64,000 nucleotides of DNA from an uncultured Candidatus Rokubacteria bacterium (GCA_963708025.1 CAVPSB010000019.1:32001-96000), one strand, 5' to 3'. Positions 9,096 through 19,841 are shown, counted from the first letter of the stretch. Notes: a model not told the origin generated them from the letters alone. Numbers and translations: made by a program.

Positions 9096-11049
9096 GTGGG
9101 GGTCGGCCTGACCGACGACTACGTCGCCGCCTCGAAGTTTCGGACGCTTCGCGGCCCCGCCGCCGCGCTCGTCCGATCGCTCCTGGCCGCCCTGACGCTG
9201 CTGGGGTCGCTCTGGGCCCTCCAGGTCCACCACGTGCTGCCGTGGGCCTTCTTCAAGGAGCAGTACCTCGGCCTCGTCCTGGCGCTCGCCCTCGGCGCCG
9301 CGTTCCTCGCGGCCAAGGCCCGGGCGGCCGAGCCGGGGACGGCGGTGCCCTGGTACGACTGGCTGCTCGCCCTGGCGGGCCTCGGGGTCGGGGGCTACGT
9401 CACGGTGCTCTACCCCACCATCGCGTATCAGCTCGGGATCCTGACGTGGGACAAGGTGCTACTGGGCGGGCTGGCGATCGCGCTCGTCCTCGAGGCGACC
9501 CGCCGCCTCGGCGGCTGGGCGCTGGTGTGGGTGGCCGTTCCCTGTATCCTGTACGCCCGGTTCGCGTACCTCTTCCCCGGCGTTCTGGAGGCGAAGGGCG
9601 CGTCCTGGGGCCGCATCGCCAGCTACCTCTACCTGGACACGAACGGGCTCTTCGGCCTCCCCCTCGCCGTCACCGCGAGCATCGTGGTGGCCTTCGTCTT
9701 CTTCGGGCGGGCGCTGTCGGCGGTCGGCGGCGACCGGTTTCTCACCGACCTGGCGCTCGTCGCGATGGGACGCTTCCGCGGCGGCTCGGCCAAGGTGGCG
9801 GTGGTCTCCTCCACCCTGTTCGGGACCGTGTCGGGCAGCGCGGTCGCCAACGTCGTGGTGGACGGCGCCATCACGATCCCGATGATGAAGCGGGCCGGGT
9901 ATCCCGCGCACCTGGCGGCGGCGATCGAGGCGGTGGCCTCGAACGGCGGCCAGCTCATGCCGCCGGTAATGGGCGCCGCCGCGTTCCTCATCGCCGAGTT
10001 CCTGGGGATCTCCTACGGCGAGGTGGCCCTGGCCGCGGCCATTCCGGCCTGCCTCTACTACCTGGCCCTCTTCGTCCAGGTGGACCTGGAGGCGGCCAAG
10101 CGCGGCCTGGCCGGGCTGCCGGCGACGCAGCTCCCGAAGCTCCGGGCGGTGATGCGGCGAGGCTGGGTCTTCCTGGTCCCGCTCCTGGTGCTCATCTACA
10201 CGCTCATGCTCGCCGGCTGGGAGGCCGGGAAGGCCGGCCTGGTGGCCGTCATCGCCACCTTCGTCGTGGGCGCGCTCCGGCCGGAGACGCGGCCGACCCT
10301 GCGGGGGATCCGGGCGAGCCTGGAGGAGACCGGTCAGACGCGTGGTCGAGATCGCGGTGATCACCGCCCTCGCCGGCCTCGTGATCGGCTCCCTCCAGCT
10401 CTCGGGCCTGAGCGGGCGGCTCCCCCTGCTCCTGGTGTCGCTGGCCGGTGGGAACGCCCTGCTCCTCCTCGTCCTCACCGCGCTGGTGTGCATCCTCCTC
10501 GGCATGTCCCTGCCCACGACGGTGGTCTACGTGACGCTCGCCGTCCTGGTCGGCCCGGCCCTGGCTCAGCTCGGCATCGTCCCGCTGGCGGCGCACCTGT
10601 TCCTCTTCTACTTCGGCATGCTCTCGCTCATCACGCCGCCCGACTGCGTCGCCAGCTACACCGCGGCCGCCATCGCCGGGGCCGACTTCTGGAAGACCGG
10701 CTGGGCCGGGATGCGGCTGGGCATCGTCGCCTACCTGGTGCCCTTCGTCTTCGCCTTCCACCCCGCCTTGCTCCTCGAGGGCACGCTGGCCGACGTCGCC
10801 GTGGCCGTGGCGGCGGCCACGATCGGGGTGGTCCTCCTCGGCATCGGCTGCGCCGGATACCTGTTTCGGCCGCTCGGCTGGGGCAAGCGCGCCCTGGCCA
10901 TCGTGGCGGGCGGCCTCATGCTCGGCCTGCCCCTCGGTCCGGTGTCGCTGGCGACCTACGCCGTCGGCCTCACGATCGGGGCGCTGCTCGTCGGGTGGGA
11001 ATGGAACGCGAACCGGCGCGGGACCCGCGCCGTCATGGAGCAAGCATGA
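9096..11049 (+). CDS. TRAP fused 4TM/12TM permease, frameshift near 10341
   Basis: GTVSGSAVANVV, IEAVASNGGQLMPPVMGAAAF, then ORF 10342-11049 ILLGMSLPTT, FYFGMLSLITPP. Confidence 0.88.
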
Positions 11050-12077
11050 AGATCGACATCTTCCCCCACATCTTCCCCCGGCCGTACTTCGACCGCATGC
11101 TGCGGCTGACGCGGCGGCGACGGCTACATGCAGAAGCGGATGCGCGGCGTCCCGGTCGCTGGTCGACCTCGACGAGCGGTTCCGGATCATGGACCGCTAC
11201 GAGGGCTACGTGCAGGTGCTCACGCTCGGCCTCGCCGCCCATCGAGGCGCTCGGCCGGCCCCGACGTGACGCCCGAGCTGGCGCGGCTCGCCAACGACGG
11301 CATGGCCGAGCTGGTCGCGCAGCCACCCCGATCGCTTCCTCGGCTTCGTGGCGTCGCTGCCCATGAACAACCCCGACGCCGCGCTGGCCGAGATCGACCG
11401 CGCGATCGGCCAGCTCGGCGCCACCGGCGTCCAGATCTTCTCCAACGTCAACGGCCGCCCGCTCGACGACGCCCGAGTTCCAGCCGATCTTCGCGCGCAT
11501 GGCCGAGCACCGGCTGCCGATCTGGCTCCACCCGGCGCGGCCCGCGACGTTCGCCGACTACCCGGCGAGAGCGCGCTCGAAGTACGATCTGTGGTGGGCC
11601 TTCGGCTGGCCCTACGAGACCACGATCGCCATGGGGCGGCTCGTCTTCTCCGGCCTCTTCGACCGCCATCCGGATCTCGCAGATCATCACCCACCACATG
11701 GGCGCGATGCTGCCCTACTTCGAGGGGCGCGGCCGGCTTCGGGCTCGACCAGCTCGGCAGCGCGCAGCGACGACCCCGACGACGCCGCGCGCTCTCACGC
11801 GGCTCAAGCGCCGGCCGCTCGACTACTTCAGGATGTTCTACGGCGACACCGCCGTCTTCGGCGCCGCACCACGCCCTGCGAGTGCGGCCTCGGCTTCTTC
11901 GGCGCCGACCGCGTGCTCTTCGGCACCGACATGCCGTTCGATCCCGAGAAGGGTCCCGGCTTCATCCGGGAGACGATCGCCGCGATGGAGCGGATGCGCG
12001 CCACGCCCGAGGAGAAGGCGAAGATCTACGAGGGCAACGCCCGCCGGCTGCTCCGCCTCCGGCTGCCGGGCGCCTGA
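11046..12077 (+). CDS. Amidohydrolase family 2 protein, multiply frameshifted
   Basis: MKIDIFPHIFP, ASLPMNNPDA, IWLHP, FGWPYETT, THHMGAMLPY, FGTDMPFD spread over three frames. Confidence 0.8.
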
Positions 12078-13315
12078 TGGCCGCCCTGACCGTTCTCACC
12101 GGCGCGTTCCTGATCGACTGCACGGGCGCCGACCCGCGGGAGGGCGCCGCGGTCGTGGTGGAGGGCGAGCGGATCAAGGACGTCATCCCCTCGGGGCGGG
12201 TCGGGCCGCTGCCGGGGGAGGTGACGACGCTCGACCTCCGCGGCCGGACGCTGATGCCAGGGCTGACCGACGCCCACGTCCACGTCTGCGCGGTCGAGGC
12301 CAACACCGCCGAGCAGCACCGGATGCACCCGCCGAGCCTCATCGCCGCCAAGACGCTCCGGCGCATCGAGCAGGCGCTGATGCAGGGCTTCACCACCGTG
12401 CGGGACGCCGGCGGGGCCGACTACGGCTTCCGGGAAGCGGTGGCCTCCGGGCTCTACCCGGGGCCGCGGCTCCTGGTCTCCGGGCGCGTGCTCTCCCAGA
12501 CGGGCGGCCACGGCGACAAGCGCCGGCGGGCGGAGGTGACCGAGCCCATCGACGCCTGCCTCGGCATGGTCGGCGTCATCGCCGACGGCCCCGACGAGGT
12601 CCGCAAGGCGGCCCGGGAGCAGCTCCGGCGCGACGTCGACCAGCTCAAGCTGATGGCCTCGGGCGGCGCGATGTCGCCGGCCGACGAGCTGGACACCACC
12701 CAGTACACGGTGGAGGAGATGCGGGCGGCCGTCGAGGAGGCCCGGGCCGTCGGCCGGTACGTCCTCGCCCACGCCTACTCGGGCGCCGCGGTGCAGGCGG
12801 CGGTGGCCGCCGGCGTCCGGTGCATCGAGCACGGGAACCTGCTCGACGAGGCCGGGGCGCGGGCCATCCGGGAAGCCGACGCCTACCTGGTGCCGACCAT
12901 GGTGACCTACGAGGCGATCGCCCGGGAGGGAAAGACCCACGGCCTCTCGGCCCATCAGATCGCCAAGATCGAACAGGCGCGGGAGAAGAGCGTGGAGGGG
13001 CTGGCGCAGGCCTACCGGGCCGGCTGCCGGATCGGCTCGGGCTCGGATCTCCTCGGCGACATGGCCGCCTATCGGACGATGGAGCTGCCGCTGAAGGCCC
13101 AGGTGATGACGCCGATGGAGGTGCTCCGGTCGGCGACCGCCGTCAACGCGGAGATCTTCCGCATGGCCGACCGGATCGGCACCGTCGAGCCGGGGAAGTA
13201 CGCGGACCTGCTGGTGGTGGACGGGAACCCGCTCCGCGACCTCCGCGTCTTCCAGAAGCCGGACAACCTCCGCCTCATCATGAAGGGCGGCGTCGCCCAC
13301 AAGCAAACCCTCTAG
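12077..13315 (+). CDS. Amidohydrolase family protein (Xaa-Pro dipeptidase-like)
   Basis: PGLTDAHVH, GFTTVRDAGG, SQTGGHGD, IEHG, GSGSD. Confidence 0.92.
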   Translation: MAALTVLTGAFLIDCTGADPREGAAVVVEGERIKDVIPSGRVGPLPGEVTTLDLRGRTLMPGLTDAHVHVCAVEANTAEQHRMHPPSLIAAKTLRRIEQALMQGFTTVRDAGGADYGFREAVASGLYPGPRLLVSGRVLSQTGGHGDKRRRAEVTEPIDACLGMVGVIADGPDEVRKAAREQLRRDVDQLKLMASGGAMSPADELDTTQYTVEEMRAAVEEARAVGRYVLAHAYSGAAVQAAVAAGVRCIEHGNLLDEAGARAIREADAYLVPTMVTYEAIAREGKTHGLSAHQIAKIEQAREKSVEGLAQAYRAGCRIGSGSDLLGDMAAYRTMELPLKAQVMTPMEVLRSATAVNAEIFRMADRIGTVEPGKYADLLVVDGNPLRDLRVFQKPDNLRLIMKGGVAHKQTL

Positions 13316-13394
13316 CTCTCATCGCGACGGTCCGTCCGAAGGGCCTCAGACCGTTTGAAGCGACGATGTGACAGCAGACGACTCAAGTTCTCGG

Positions 13395-13518
13395 GGGCGG
13401 GGCCGCGGAGCGAGCAGCGCTAGGACGCAGGGAGTCGCCGACCGCAGGCGTACTCCGAGTACGCCGAGGATCGGCGACGACCGAGGACGACGCGATGCGA
13501 CGCTCATCGGCCCCGCCC
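13395..13518 (-). repeat. Repeat family A (~124-bp imperfect palindrome), copy 1
   Basis: Near-exact reverse complement of 57416-57539; core GGCGTACTCGGAGTACGCC. Confidence 0.9.
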
Positions 13519-13576
13519 CTGGCCGTTCGGCGGATGCGGGCCCTTGCCCCGGGGCGTATCGTGGCACTCAGTTTCG

Positions 13577-13655
13577 TGAGAGCGAATCGGGTCCTCCGGC
13601 TCCCCCCCCCCCGGTGGGCGGGGGAGGGGGGTTGGGGGGGTAGGAGGGAGGTCCC
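13577..13655 (+). repeat. Repeat family B (G-rich)
   Basis: TGAGAGCG...TCCTCCGGCTCCCC...GGTGGGCGGGGGAGGGGGGTTGGGGGGGTAGGAGGGAGGTCCC. Confidence 0.85.
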
Positions 13656-13675
13656 GAAGATCCAAGGAGGCCACG

Positions 13676-14596
13676 ATGACGCCAATCGCCGAAGACTCTC
13701 CCGTGCTGAGCGCGATGTCGAGCCAGCTCGCCGACGCCGTCGAGCGGGTCGGACCGGCGCTGGTGCAGGTCAACGGGCGCCCCCGCCACCCGTCGAGCGG
13801 CACCGTCTACGCCCCCGACCTGGTCCTCGCCGCCGATCACGCGGTCGAGCGGGACGAGGACCTCGCCGTCGAGACGGGGGACGGGCGGACCCTCGGCGCC
13901 CGGCTCGCCGGTCGGGACCCGGCGAGCGACCTGGCCCTCCTGCGGGTGGCGGGGCTCGGGCTCGGGCCGGCCGTGCCGGCCCAGACGCCCCCGCGGGTGG
14001 GCCAGTTCGCACTCGCGGTCGGCCGGCCGTCCGGGGGCGAGCTGATGGCGAGCATCGGCGTCGTCAGCGCGGTGGGCGGCCCGCTGCGGACCGGGCGCGG
14101 GCTGCTGGAGCGCTACATCCGGACGGACGCCACGCCGTATCCGGGCTTCTCCGGCGGCGCCCTGATCGACGCCGGGGGGGCGGTCCTCGGCCTTTTCACC
14201 ACGGGGCTGGTGGGCGGCGTCCCGCTCGCGGTGCCGGTGGCGCTCGCCTGGCGCGTCGCGGAGACGCTGGCCCGCCAGGGCTACGTCGCGCGCGGCTACC
14301 TGGGCATCGGCAGCCAGCCGGTGCGGATCCCCGCGGGCCAGCGCGCGGGCCTCGCCCGCGAGTCGGGGCTGCTGGTCGTCGAGATCGCGACGGGCAGCCC
14401 GGCCGAGCGGGGCGGCCTCCTGCTCGGCGATCTCCTGATCGCGCTCGACGGGCAGCCCGTGGACGACGCCGAGTCGCTGCAGGCGCTCCTGGTCGGCGAG
14501 CGCGTGGGGCGGAGCGTGCCGGTGGACGTTATCCGGGGTGGCGTGCGCACGACCCTCCAGGTCACGGTGGGCCAGCGGGGCGGCCCGCGCCCGTGA
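13676..14596 (+). CDS. S1C (HtrA-like) serine protease with PDZ domain
   Basis: ADHAV, ASDLALL, YPGFSGGAL; RGYLGI...GSPAERGG PDZ. Confidence 0.88.
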   Translation: MTPIAEDSPVLSAMSSQLADAVERVGPALVQVNGRPRHPSSGTVYAPDLVLAADHAVERDEDLAVETGDGRTLGARLAGRDPASDLALLRVAGLGLGPAVPAQTPPRVGQFALAVGRPSGGELMASIGVVSAVGGPLRTGRGLLERYIRTDATPYPGFSGGALIDAGGAVLGLFTTGLVGGVPLAVPVALAWRVAETLARQGYVARGYLGIGSQPVRIPAGQRAGLARESGLLVVEIATGSPAERGGLLLGDLLIALDGQPVDDAESLQALLVGERVGRSVPVDVIRGGVRTTLQVTVGQRGGPRP

Positions 14597-15207
14597 CCGC
14601 GGTCGTGGTCGAGCCGGTGCCGGACCTCGCCGCCGCGGCGTGGGCGAGCCTGCCAGCGGTGCTGATCGAGCGGGTGCGGCCGAGCATCGTCCGCGTCGGG
14701 GGCCGGGGTCGGTCGGGCGCGAGCGGCGTCGTCTGGCCCCCGGGGGCCGTCCTCACGAACCACCACGTGGTCGCCGGCGCGGCGGCGGAGGTGCCCGTCA
14801 CGCTGGCAGACGGCCGCGTCTTGGCGGCACGCGTCGTCCGCGCCAGCCGGGGACTGGACCTCGCCCTCCTCGCGCTCGAGGGGGGGGCGCTCACCCCGGC
14901 GCCGATCGGGGACTCCACGCGGCTGCGGGTGGGCGAGCTGGTCTTCGCCGTCGGACACCCGTGGGGACAGCCGTGGGTCGTGACGACCGGGATCGTGAGC
15001 GGGCTCGGGCCGGTCCGGCTTCCCGGCCGGAGGGGTGCGGCGCGGCTGATCCGCTCCGACGTCCGGCTGGCGCCCGGCAACTCCGGCGGTCCGCTGCTGG
15101 ACGCCCGCGGGCGGGTGGTCGGGCTCAACGCGATGATCCTGGGCGGCGATCTCGCGGTGGCCATCCCGAGCGACGTGGCGCGGTCCTGGCTGGAGACGCC
15201 GGCGTGA
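14593..15207 (+). CDS. Trypsin-like S1C serine protease without PDZ
   Basis: TNHHVV, LDLALL, LAPGNSGGPL; GTGA overlap. Confidence 0.88.
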   Translation: MTAVVVEPVPDLAAAAWASLPAVLIERVRPSIVRVGGRGRSGASGVVWPPGAVLTNHHVVAGAAAEVPVTLADGRVLAARVVRASRGLDLALLALEGGALTPAPIGDSTRLRVGELVFAVGHPWGQPWVVTTGIVSGLGPVRLPGRRGAARLIRSDVRLAPGNSGGPLLDARGRVVGLNAMILGGDLAVAIPSDVARSWLETPA

Positions 15208-15821
15208 CCCGCGTGTTCATCGCGGCGCCGAGCGCCGCGGCGCGGCTCGCGCTCCGCGCCCGCCTGGAGGACCCCGGCGTCGAGGTCGTGGGGGAGGGGC
15301 TCGGGCTGGACGCCGCTCCCGCCCGGACCGACGTCGTGGTGCTCGACGGCGCCGGCGGGCTCTCGCGGCCCGCGGCGACGGCAGTGGCCGAGGACCGCCT
15401 GCCGGCGGTGGTGGCCGTGGCCGACGACGACCGGCTGGCCCGGGTGCTCGGCGAGCTGCCGCTGCGGGGCTGGGCGATCGTCGGCCGCGACGCGTCGGCC
15501 GCCGAGCTGCGGGCGGCCGTGGCGGCGGCGGCCGAGGGGCTGGTCGCCGTGCCGGCGTCGCGCGCCGGCCGCCTCCTGGGCCGGCCGGCCGGTCCGGCGG
15601 CCGCGGATCCGGACGGGCTGGCGGAGCCGCTCACCTCGCGCGAGCGCGAGGTCCTCGAGCTACTCGGTCAGGGCCTCTCGAACCGGCGGATCGCCGAGCG
15701 GCTCCGGATCAGCGAGCACACGGCGAAGTTCCACGTGGCCTCCGTCCTCGGCAAGCTGGGCGCCGCCACCCGCACCGAGGCGGTGAGCCGCGGCCTCCGC
15801 CGCGGTCTCATCACCCTGTGA
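15204..15821 (+). CDS. LuxR/NarL-family regulator with degenerate receiver domain
   Basis: LTSREREVLELLGQGLSNRRIAERLRISEHTAKFHV. Confidence 0.88.
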   Translation: MTRVFIAAPSAAARLALRARLEDPGVEVVGEGLGLDAAPARTDVVVLDGAGGLSRPAATAVAEDRLPAVVAVADDDRLARVLGELPLRGWAIVGRDASAAELRAAVAAAAEGLVAVPASRAGRLLGRPAGPAAADPDGLAEPLTSREREVLELLGQGLSNRRIAERLRISEHTAKFHVASVLGKLGAATRTEAVSRGLRRGLITL

Positions 15822-15842
15822 CCGAGCGGGCGGCGGGCCCGA

Positions 15843-16136
15843 GTCCACGTGGCGCGTCCGGCTCGCGCCCACGGCCCGGACCTCGCCGCGCGCGAGGAAT
15901 CGGAGCAGCATGGCCTGGGCCTCGGGCGCCAGCTCGCCCACCTCGTCGAGGAAGACTGTCCCACCCTCGGCCGCCGCCAGGAGCCCGGTCCGGCGTTCGA
16001 TCGCGCCGGAGAACGCGCCGCGCTCGTGGCCGAAGAGCTCGCTGAGGAGGAGCTCTCGCGTCAGGGCGCCGGAGTTCACCGCCTCGAAGGGCGCCGCGCG
16101 TCGCGGGCTGAGCCCATGGAGCGCTCCGGCCACGAG
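15843..16136 (-). pseudogene. Internal fragment of a sigma-54 activator AAA+ domain
   Basis: PFEAVNSGAL, SELFGHERGAFSGA, GGTVFLDEVGEL; both ends missing. Confidence 0.85.
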
Positions 16137-16213
16137 GCGGTGGCTCCGATCGCCCCAGCCCACTCGATCCAGGCGTTCCACCGATGGGAGGCGCGTCCCG
16201 GGCTGATCGCCGG

Positions 16214-16855
16214 CTCGAGCTGCTCGCGAAGCTGGCCGCCCTGACGCCCCGCCCCGAGGTGAACCTGCTCCTGTACCACGGTCTCCTGGCGCCGGCGCGC
16301 AAAGGTCGTGCGCTACGGCCGCCCGGCGCCCGACGCGGCGGCGGCGGCCGACACCTCCGCCGCGCCGCCGCCTGCCCCGCGCAACTGGCCGTGGGCCGCC
16401 CTCATGCGACGCGCGTTCGCGCTCGACGTGTTGGCGTGCCCCCGCTGCGGGGGGCGAATGCGCGTGATCGCCACCATCGCGGACCCGGCCGTGATCTGCC
16501 AGATCCTCGCGGCCCGGCATCCAGGCCGGCCCCACGGTCCGGACCCACCCGCCCGGGCCGGCGCCCCCGCCGCCATCCACTGACCTCCACCAACAGCACG
16601 GCTCGCACCGCTGCCTGGTCCAGGGGGCACATCTCCTGGAGGTGGCGGCGGCCCGTCCGGGCCACTGGGCCGCCCCGCCGTCTCACGCCCGTGCCACCTC
16701 ACGCCCGTGCCACCCGTATCCCCGAGCCCCGCACCGCCAGCCCTTGCCAGCCACCCGCACCAGCCTCGCCGGCCACGCACCATCGCCCTCGAGAGGCATA
16801 ATCCGCCGGCCCCCCGGGCCATGGCTGAGAAGGGGCATTATGTTGGCTACCCCCG
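16214..16855 (+). mobile_element. IS91-family remnant: transposase C-terminus plus probable oriIS-side end
   Basis: LAALTPRPEVNLLLYHGLLAP, WAALMRRAFALDVLACPRCGGRMRVIATI; downstream GGCATTATGTTGGCTACCCC loosely resembles IS91/ISCR oriIS. Confidence 0.75.
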
Positions 16856-16972
16856 TACATGACGTGGGCATGGCCGAGCTTCGTCCTGGTCCGCCGCCGG
16901 GGGCCGATCGGGGCGCCTTTACGTTCCGATGTGGCGCGGAGAGTCTCCGCGCCCCGTCCGATCATCCGGCAC

Positions 16973-18655
16973 TCATTTCAGTTCGGGGAAATCTTCCTCG
17001 CGGAACTCCGTGGACGGGCGTTCCTTGGCGGCAAAACGACGCTCCTCCGCCTGGCGCAGTTCCACGCGGCGGATTTTGCCGGAGATGGTTTTCGGCAGAT
17101 CGAACACCTCCAGCCGGCGGACGCGTTTGAACGGAGCCAGACGTTCGCGCACGTGGCGGAAAATGGAGAGCATGGTCTCGCGGTCGCCCGTGGCGCCGGG
17201 TGCGAGTGCGAGGAACGCCTTGGGCACGGCCGTGCGCACCGCGTCCGGCGACGGCACCACGGCGGCTTCGGCCACTGCCTCGTGTTCCACCAGCACACTC
17301 TCCAGCTCGAAGGGAGAGATGCGGTAGTCCGACGCCTTGAACACGTCATCGGCGCGGCCGACATAGGTGAAGTAGCCGTCCGCGTCCTTCGTCGCGACGT
17401 CGCCGGTGCGATAGGCGATTGTGCCGAGCGGCGCGAAGCTGCCGTCGCCCTGCTGGTAGCCGCGCATCAGACCCGTGGGGGGCTGGTCCAAGAGGATGGA
17501 GACCTCCCCCTCATGCACTTCCTTGTCGTCGTGATCGAGTAGGCGGATGCGGTAGCCGGGAGCTTCCTGGCCCATGCTGCCCGGCTTGACCTTCTGGCCG
17601 GGGAAGCAGCCGACCAACAACGTGGTTTCCGTCTGGCCGTAGCCTTCCCGGATGGTCATGCCCCAGATCTTCTGGACGTGCTCGATCACCTCCGGGTTCA
17701 GCGGCTCGCCGGCGGAGAGGAGCTCGCGCAGATTCCCCCTGTACGGGCCCATGTCCTCTTGCACCAGCATGCGCCACACTGTGGGCGGGGCACAGAAGGT
17801 CTGCACGCTGTGTTCCTTCAGGGCCTGCAACGTCCCGAGCGCGTTGAAGCGCGGCTGGTTGTTGATGAAGACGCAGGCGCCGGCATTCCACGGGGCGAAG
17901 AAGCAGGAATAGGCGTGCTTGGCCCAGCCGGGGGAAGAGATGTTGAGATGGATATCCCCCGGTTGCAGGCCGATCCAGTGCATGGTGATGAGGTGGCCGA
18001 CCGGGTAGGTGACCTGGTCGTGCAGCACCAGCTTGGGCTTCGCGGTGGTACCGGAGGTGAAATAGAGCAACATCGGATCCGTGGCTTTGGTCAGGCCGTC
18101 CGGCGTGAATTGCGCGGGGCCCTGCTTCAGGCTGTCGTAATCGGTCCAGCCTTGTTTCGTGCCGACCGAGATGCGGGTGACCGAGGGGTCGAGGCCGTCG
18201 AATTTCCCCGTGTCAGCCGCGCTGACAATCACATGGCGCACGCGGCCACGGTCGAAGCGGTCCTTCAGATCCGCGCTATTGAGCAGCGTGGTGGCGGGAG
18301 TGACGACGGCGCCAAGCTTTTGCGCGGCGAGCATGGCCTCCCAGAGCGGGACGACGTTGCCGAGCATGAGCAGGACGCGGTCACCGCGCTTCACGCCGGC
18401 AGTGCGCAACCCGTTGGCGAGACGAGAGCTTTCATCGGACAGCTGTTTGAAGCTGCGCTCGTCGGCGCTGGCACTGACGATGCGCAGTGCGGGAGAGTTT
18501 GCGAGCGGGCCGCGCGCGAGTTCGGCGTCGAACCAATCCAGCGCGTAGTTGAATTCGGTGATCTTGGGCCAGCGGAAGTCGCGACGGGCGGTGACGTAGT
18601 CTTCCCGGTGGGCGAGCAGGAAGTCACGGGCTTGCTTGAACGCGGCGCCACTCAT
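16973..18655 (-). CDS. AMP-binding acyl-CoA synthetase
   Basis: YFTSGTTAKPK, EGYGQTE, YRTGD, LPKTISGKIRR. Confidence 0.93.
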   Translation of the reverse strand: MSGAAFKQARDFLLAHREDYVTARRDFRWPKITEFNYALDWFDAELARGPLANSPALRIVSASADERSFKQLSDESSRLANGLRTAGVKRGDRVLLMLGNVVPLWEAMLAAQKLGAVVTPATTLLNSADLKDRFDRGRVRHVIVSAADTGKFDGLDPSVTRISVGTKQGWTDYDSLKQGPAQFTPDGLTKATDPMLLYFTSGTTAKPKLVLHDQVTYPVGHLITMHWIGLQPGDIHLNISSPGWAKHAYSCFFAPWNAGACVFINNQPRFNALGTLQALKEHSVQTFCAPPTVWRMLVQEDMGPYRGNLRELLSAGEPLNPEVIEHVQKIWGMTIREGYGQTETTLLVGCFPGQKVKPGSMGQEAPGYRIRLLDHDDKEVHEGEVSILLDQPPTGLMRGYQQGDGSFAPLGTIAYRTGDVATKDADGYFTYVGRADDVFKASDYRISPFELESVLVEHEAVAEAAVVPSPDAVRTAVPKAFLALAPGATGDRETMLSIFRHVRERLAPFKRVRRLEVFDLPKTISGKIRRVELRQAEERRFAAKERPSTEFREEDFPELK

Positions 18656-19011
18656 GGGGGTTCCTCCCTGGTCTAAATATTCTGGGTTCGTCTTCTAACC
18701 GTATTGTTGCCCGGGGGCACGCCCATAGTCCACGCGTGGCGTGTCTATTGTCACCGGAACGTAGGAAGTCCAAAGCACGTTTCTGCGTCCCTGCTCCGCG
18801 CCCCGTCCCCCCGCTCGCGGGCTCACGGCGTCGGCCCCGCCGCCGGCGGCGGCCCGAACGATAGCGCGGCGCTGGCGGGTCCGGCAAGGGCGGCGGGAGG
18901 TCGGGAGATGAGGTCCGGAACCCGACCGACAGGCCCGGCGGGCAGACGGTGGGACGGCCGCGGCTGGTGGTGGGCGCGATCGCGCGCGGGTCAGGCGGCG
19001 TGGGCGGGCCC

Positions 19012-19758
19012 GACGTGCGGCAGGCGGAGGTGCTGCTGTACACGGCGGCGGAGACGATCCAGGACATCGAGCGCCGGATGGAGCAGACCGAGAACCTGAT
19101 CAGCTTCCTGCTCGGCCGGAATCCGGACGCCGTGCCGCGGGGCCGGCCGCTGGTCCAGCACGACATTCCCCCCACGGTGCCGGCGGGGTTGCCGTCCACC
19201 CTGCTCGAGCGCCGGCCGGACATCCGGCTGGCCGAGAGCCAGCTCGCGGCGGCCACCGCCCGGATCGGCGTGGCCAAGGCCGACTACTTCCCGCGGGTGC
19301 TGCTCACGGGCTCGGCGGGGGGCGGGGGAATGAACCTCAACGGGACCTGGTTCGGCCCCTTCGCGCTACTCGGGATCGGGCCCCAGGTGAGCCTGCCCAT
19401 CATCAACATGGGGCGCATCGGGGCGAACGTGGACTCGGCCGAGGCCCGGGCGCAGGAGGCGCTGGTCCGCTACCGGCAGACGATCCGGCAGGCGTTCCGG
19501 GAGGTCTCGGACGCGCTCGTGGAGCACCGCAAGCGGCAGGAGTTCCGCATCCAGCAGGAGCTGCTCGTGACCTCGCTGCGGGACGCGGCGCGGCTGGCGG
19601 AGATTCGCTACCGCGGCGGCGTCTCGAGCTACCTGGAGGTCCTGGACACCGAGCGCCAGCTCTTCGACGCCGAGCTGCTGCTGGTGCAGTCCCAGCGCGA
19701 CGAGCTGCTCGCGGTCGTGCGGCTCTACCGGGCGCTGGGCGGCGGCTGGCAGTCGTAG
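19012..19758 (+). pseudogene. 5'-truncated NodT/OprM-type efflux outer-membrane factor
   Basis: PAGLPSTLLERRPDIRLAE, AFREVSDAL, LYRALGGGW; N-terminal half absent. Confidence 0.85.
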
Positions 19759-19841
19759 CGCCCGGCCCGTCCGCCCGGATCGCCGTCGCGCTGGCGTGTC
19801 TCGTCGTCGTCGCGGCGCCGGGTCTCGTCGTCGCCGCCGAC

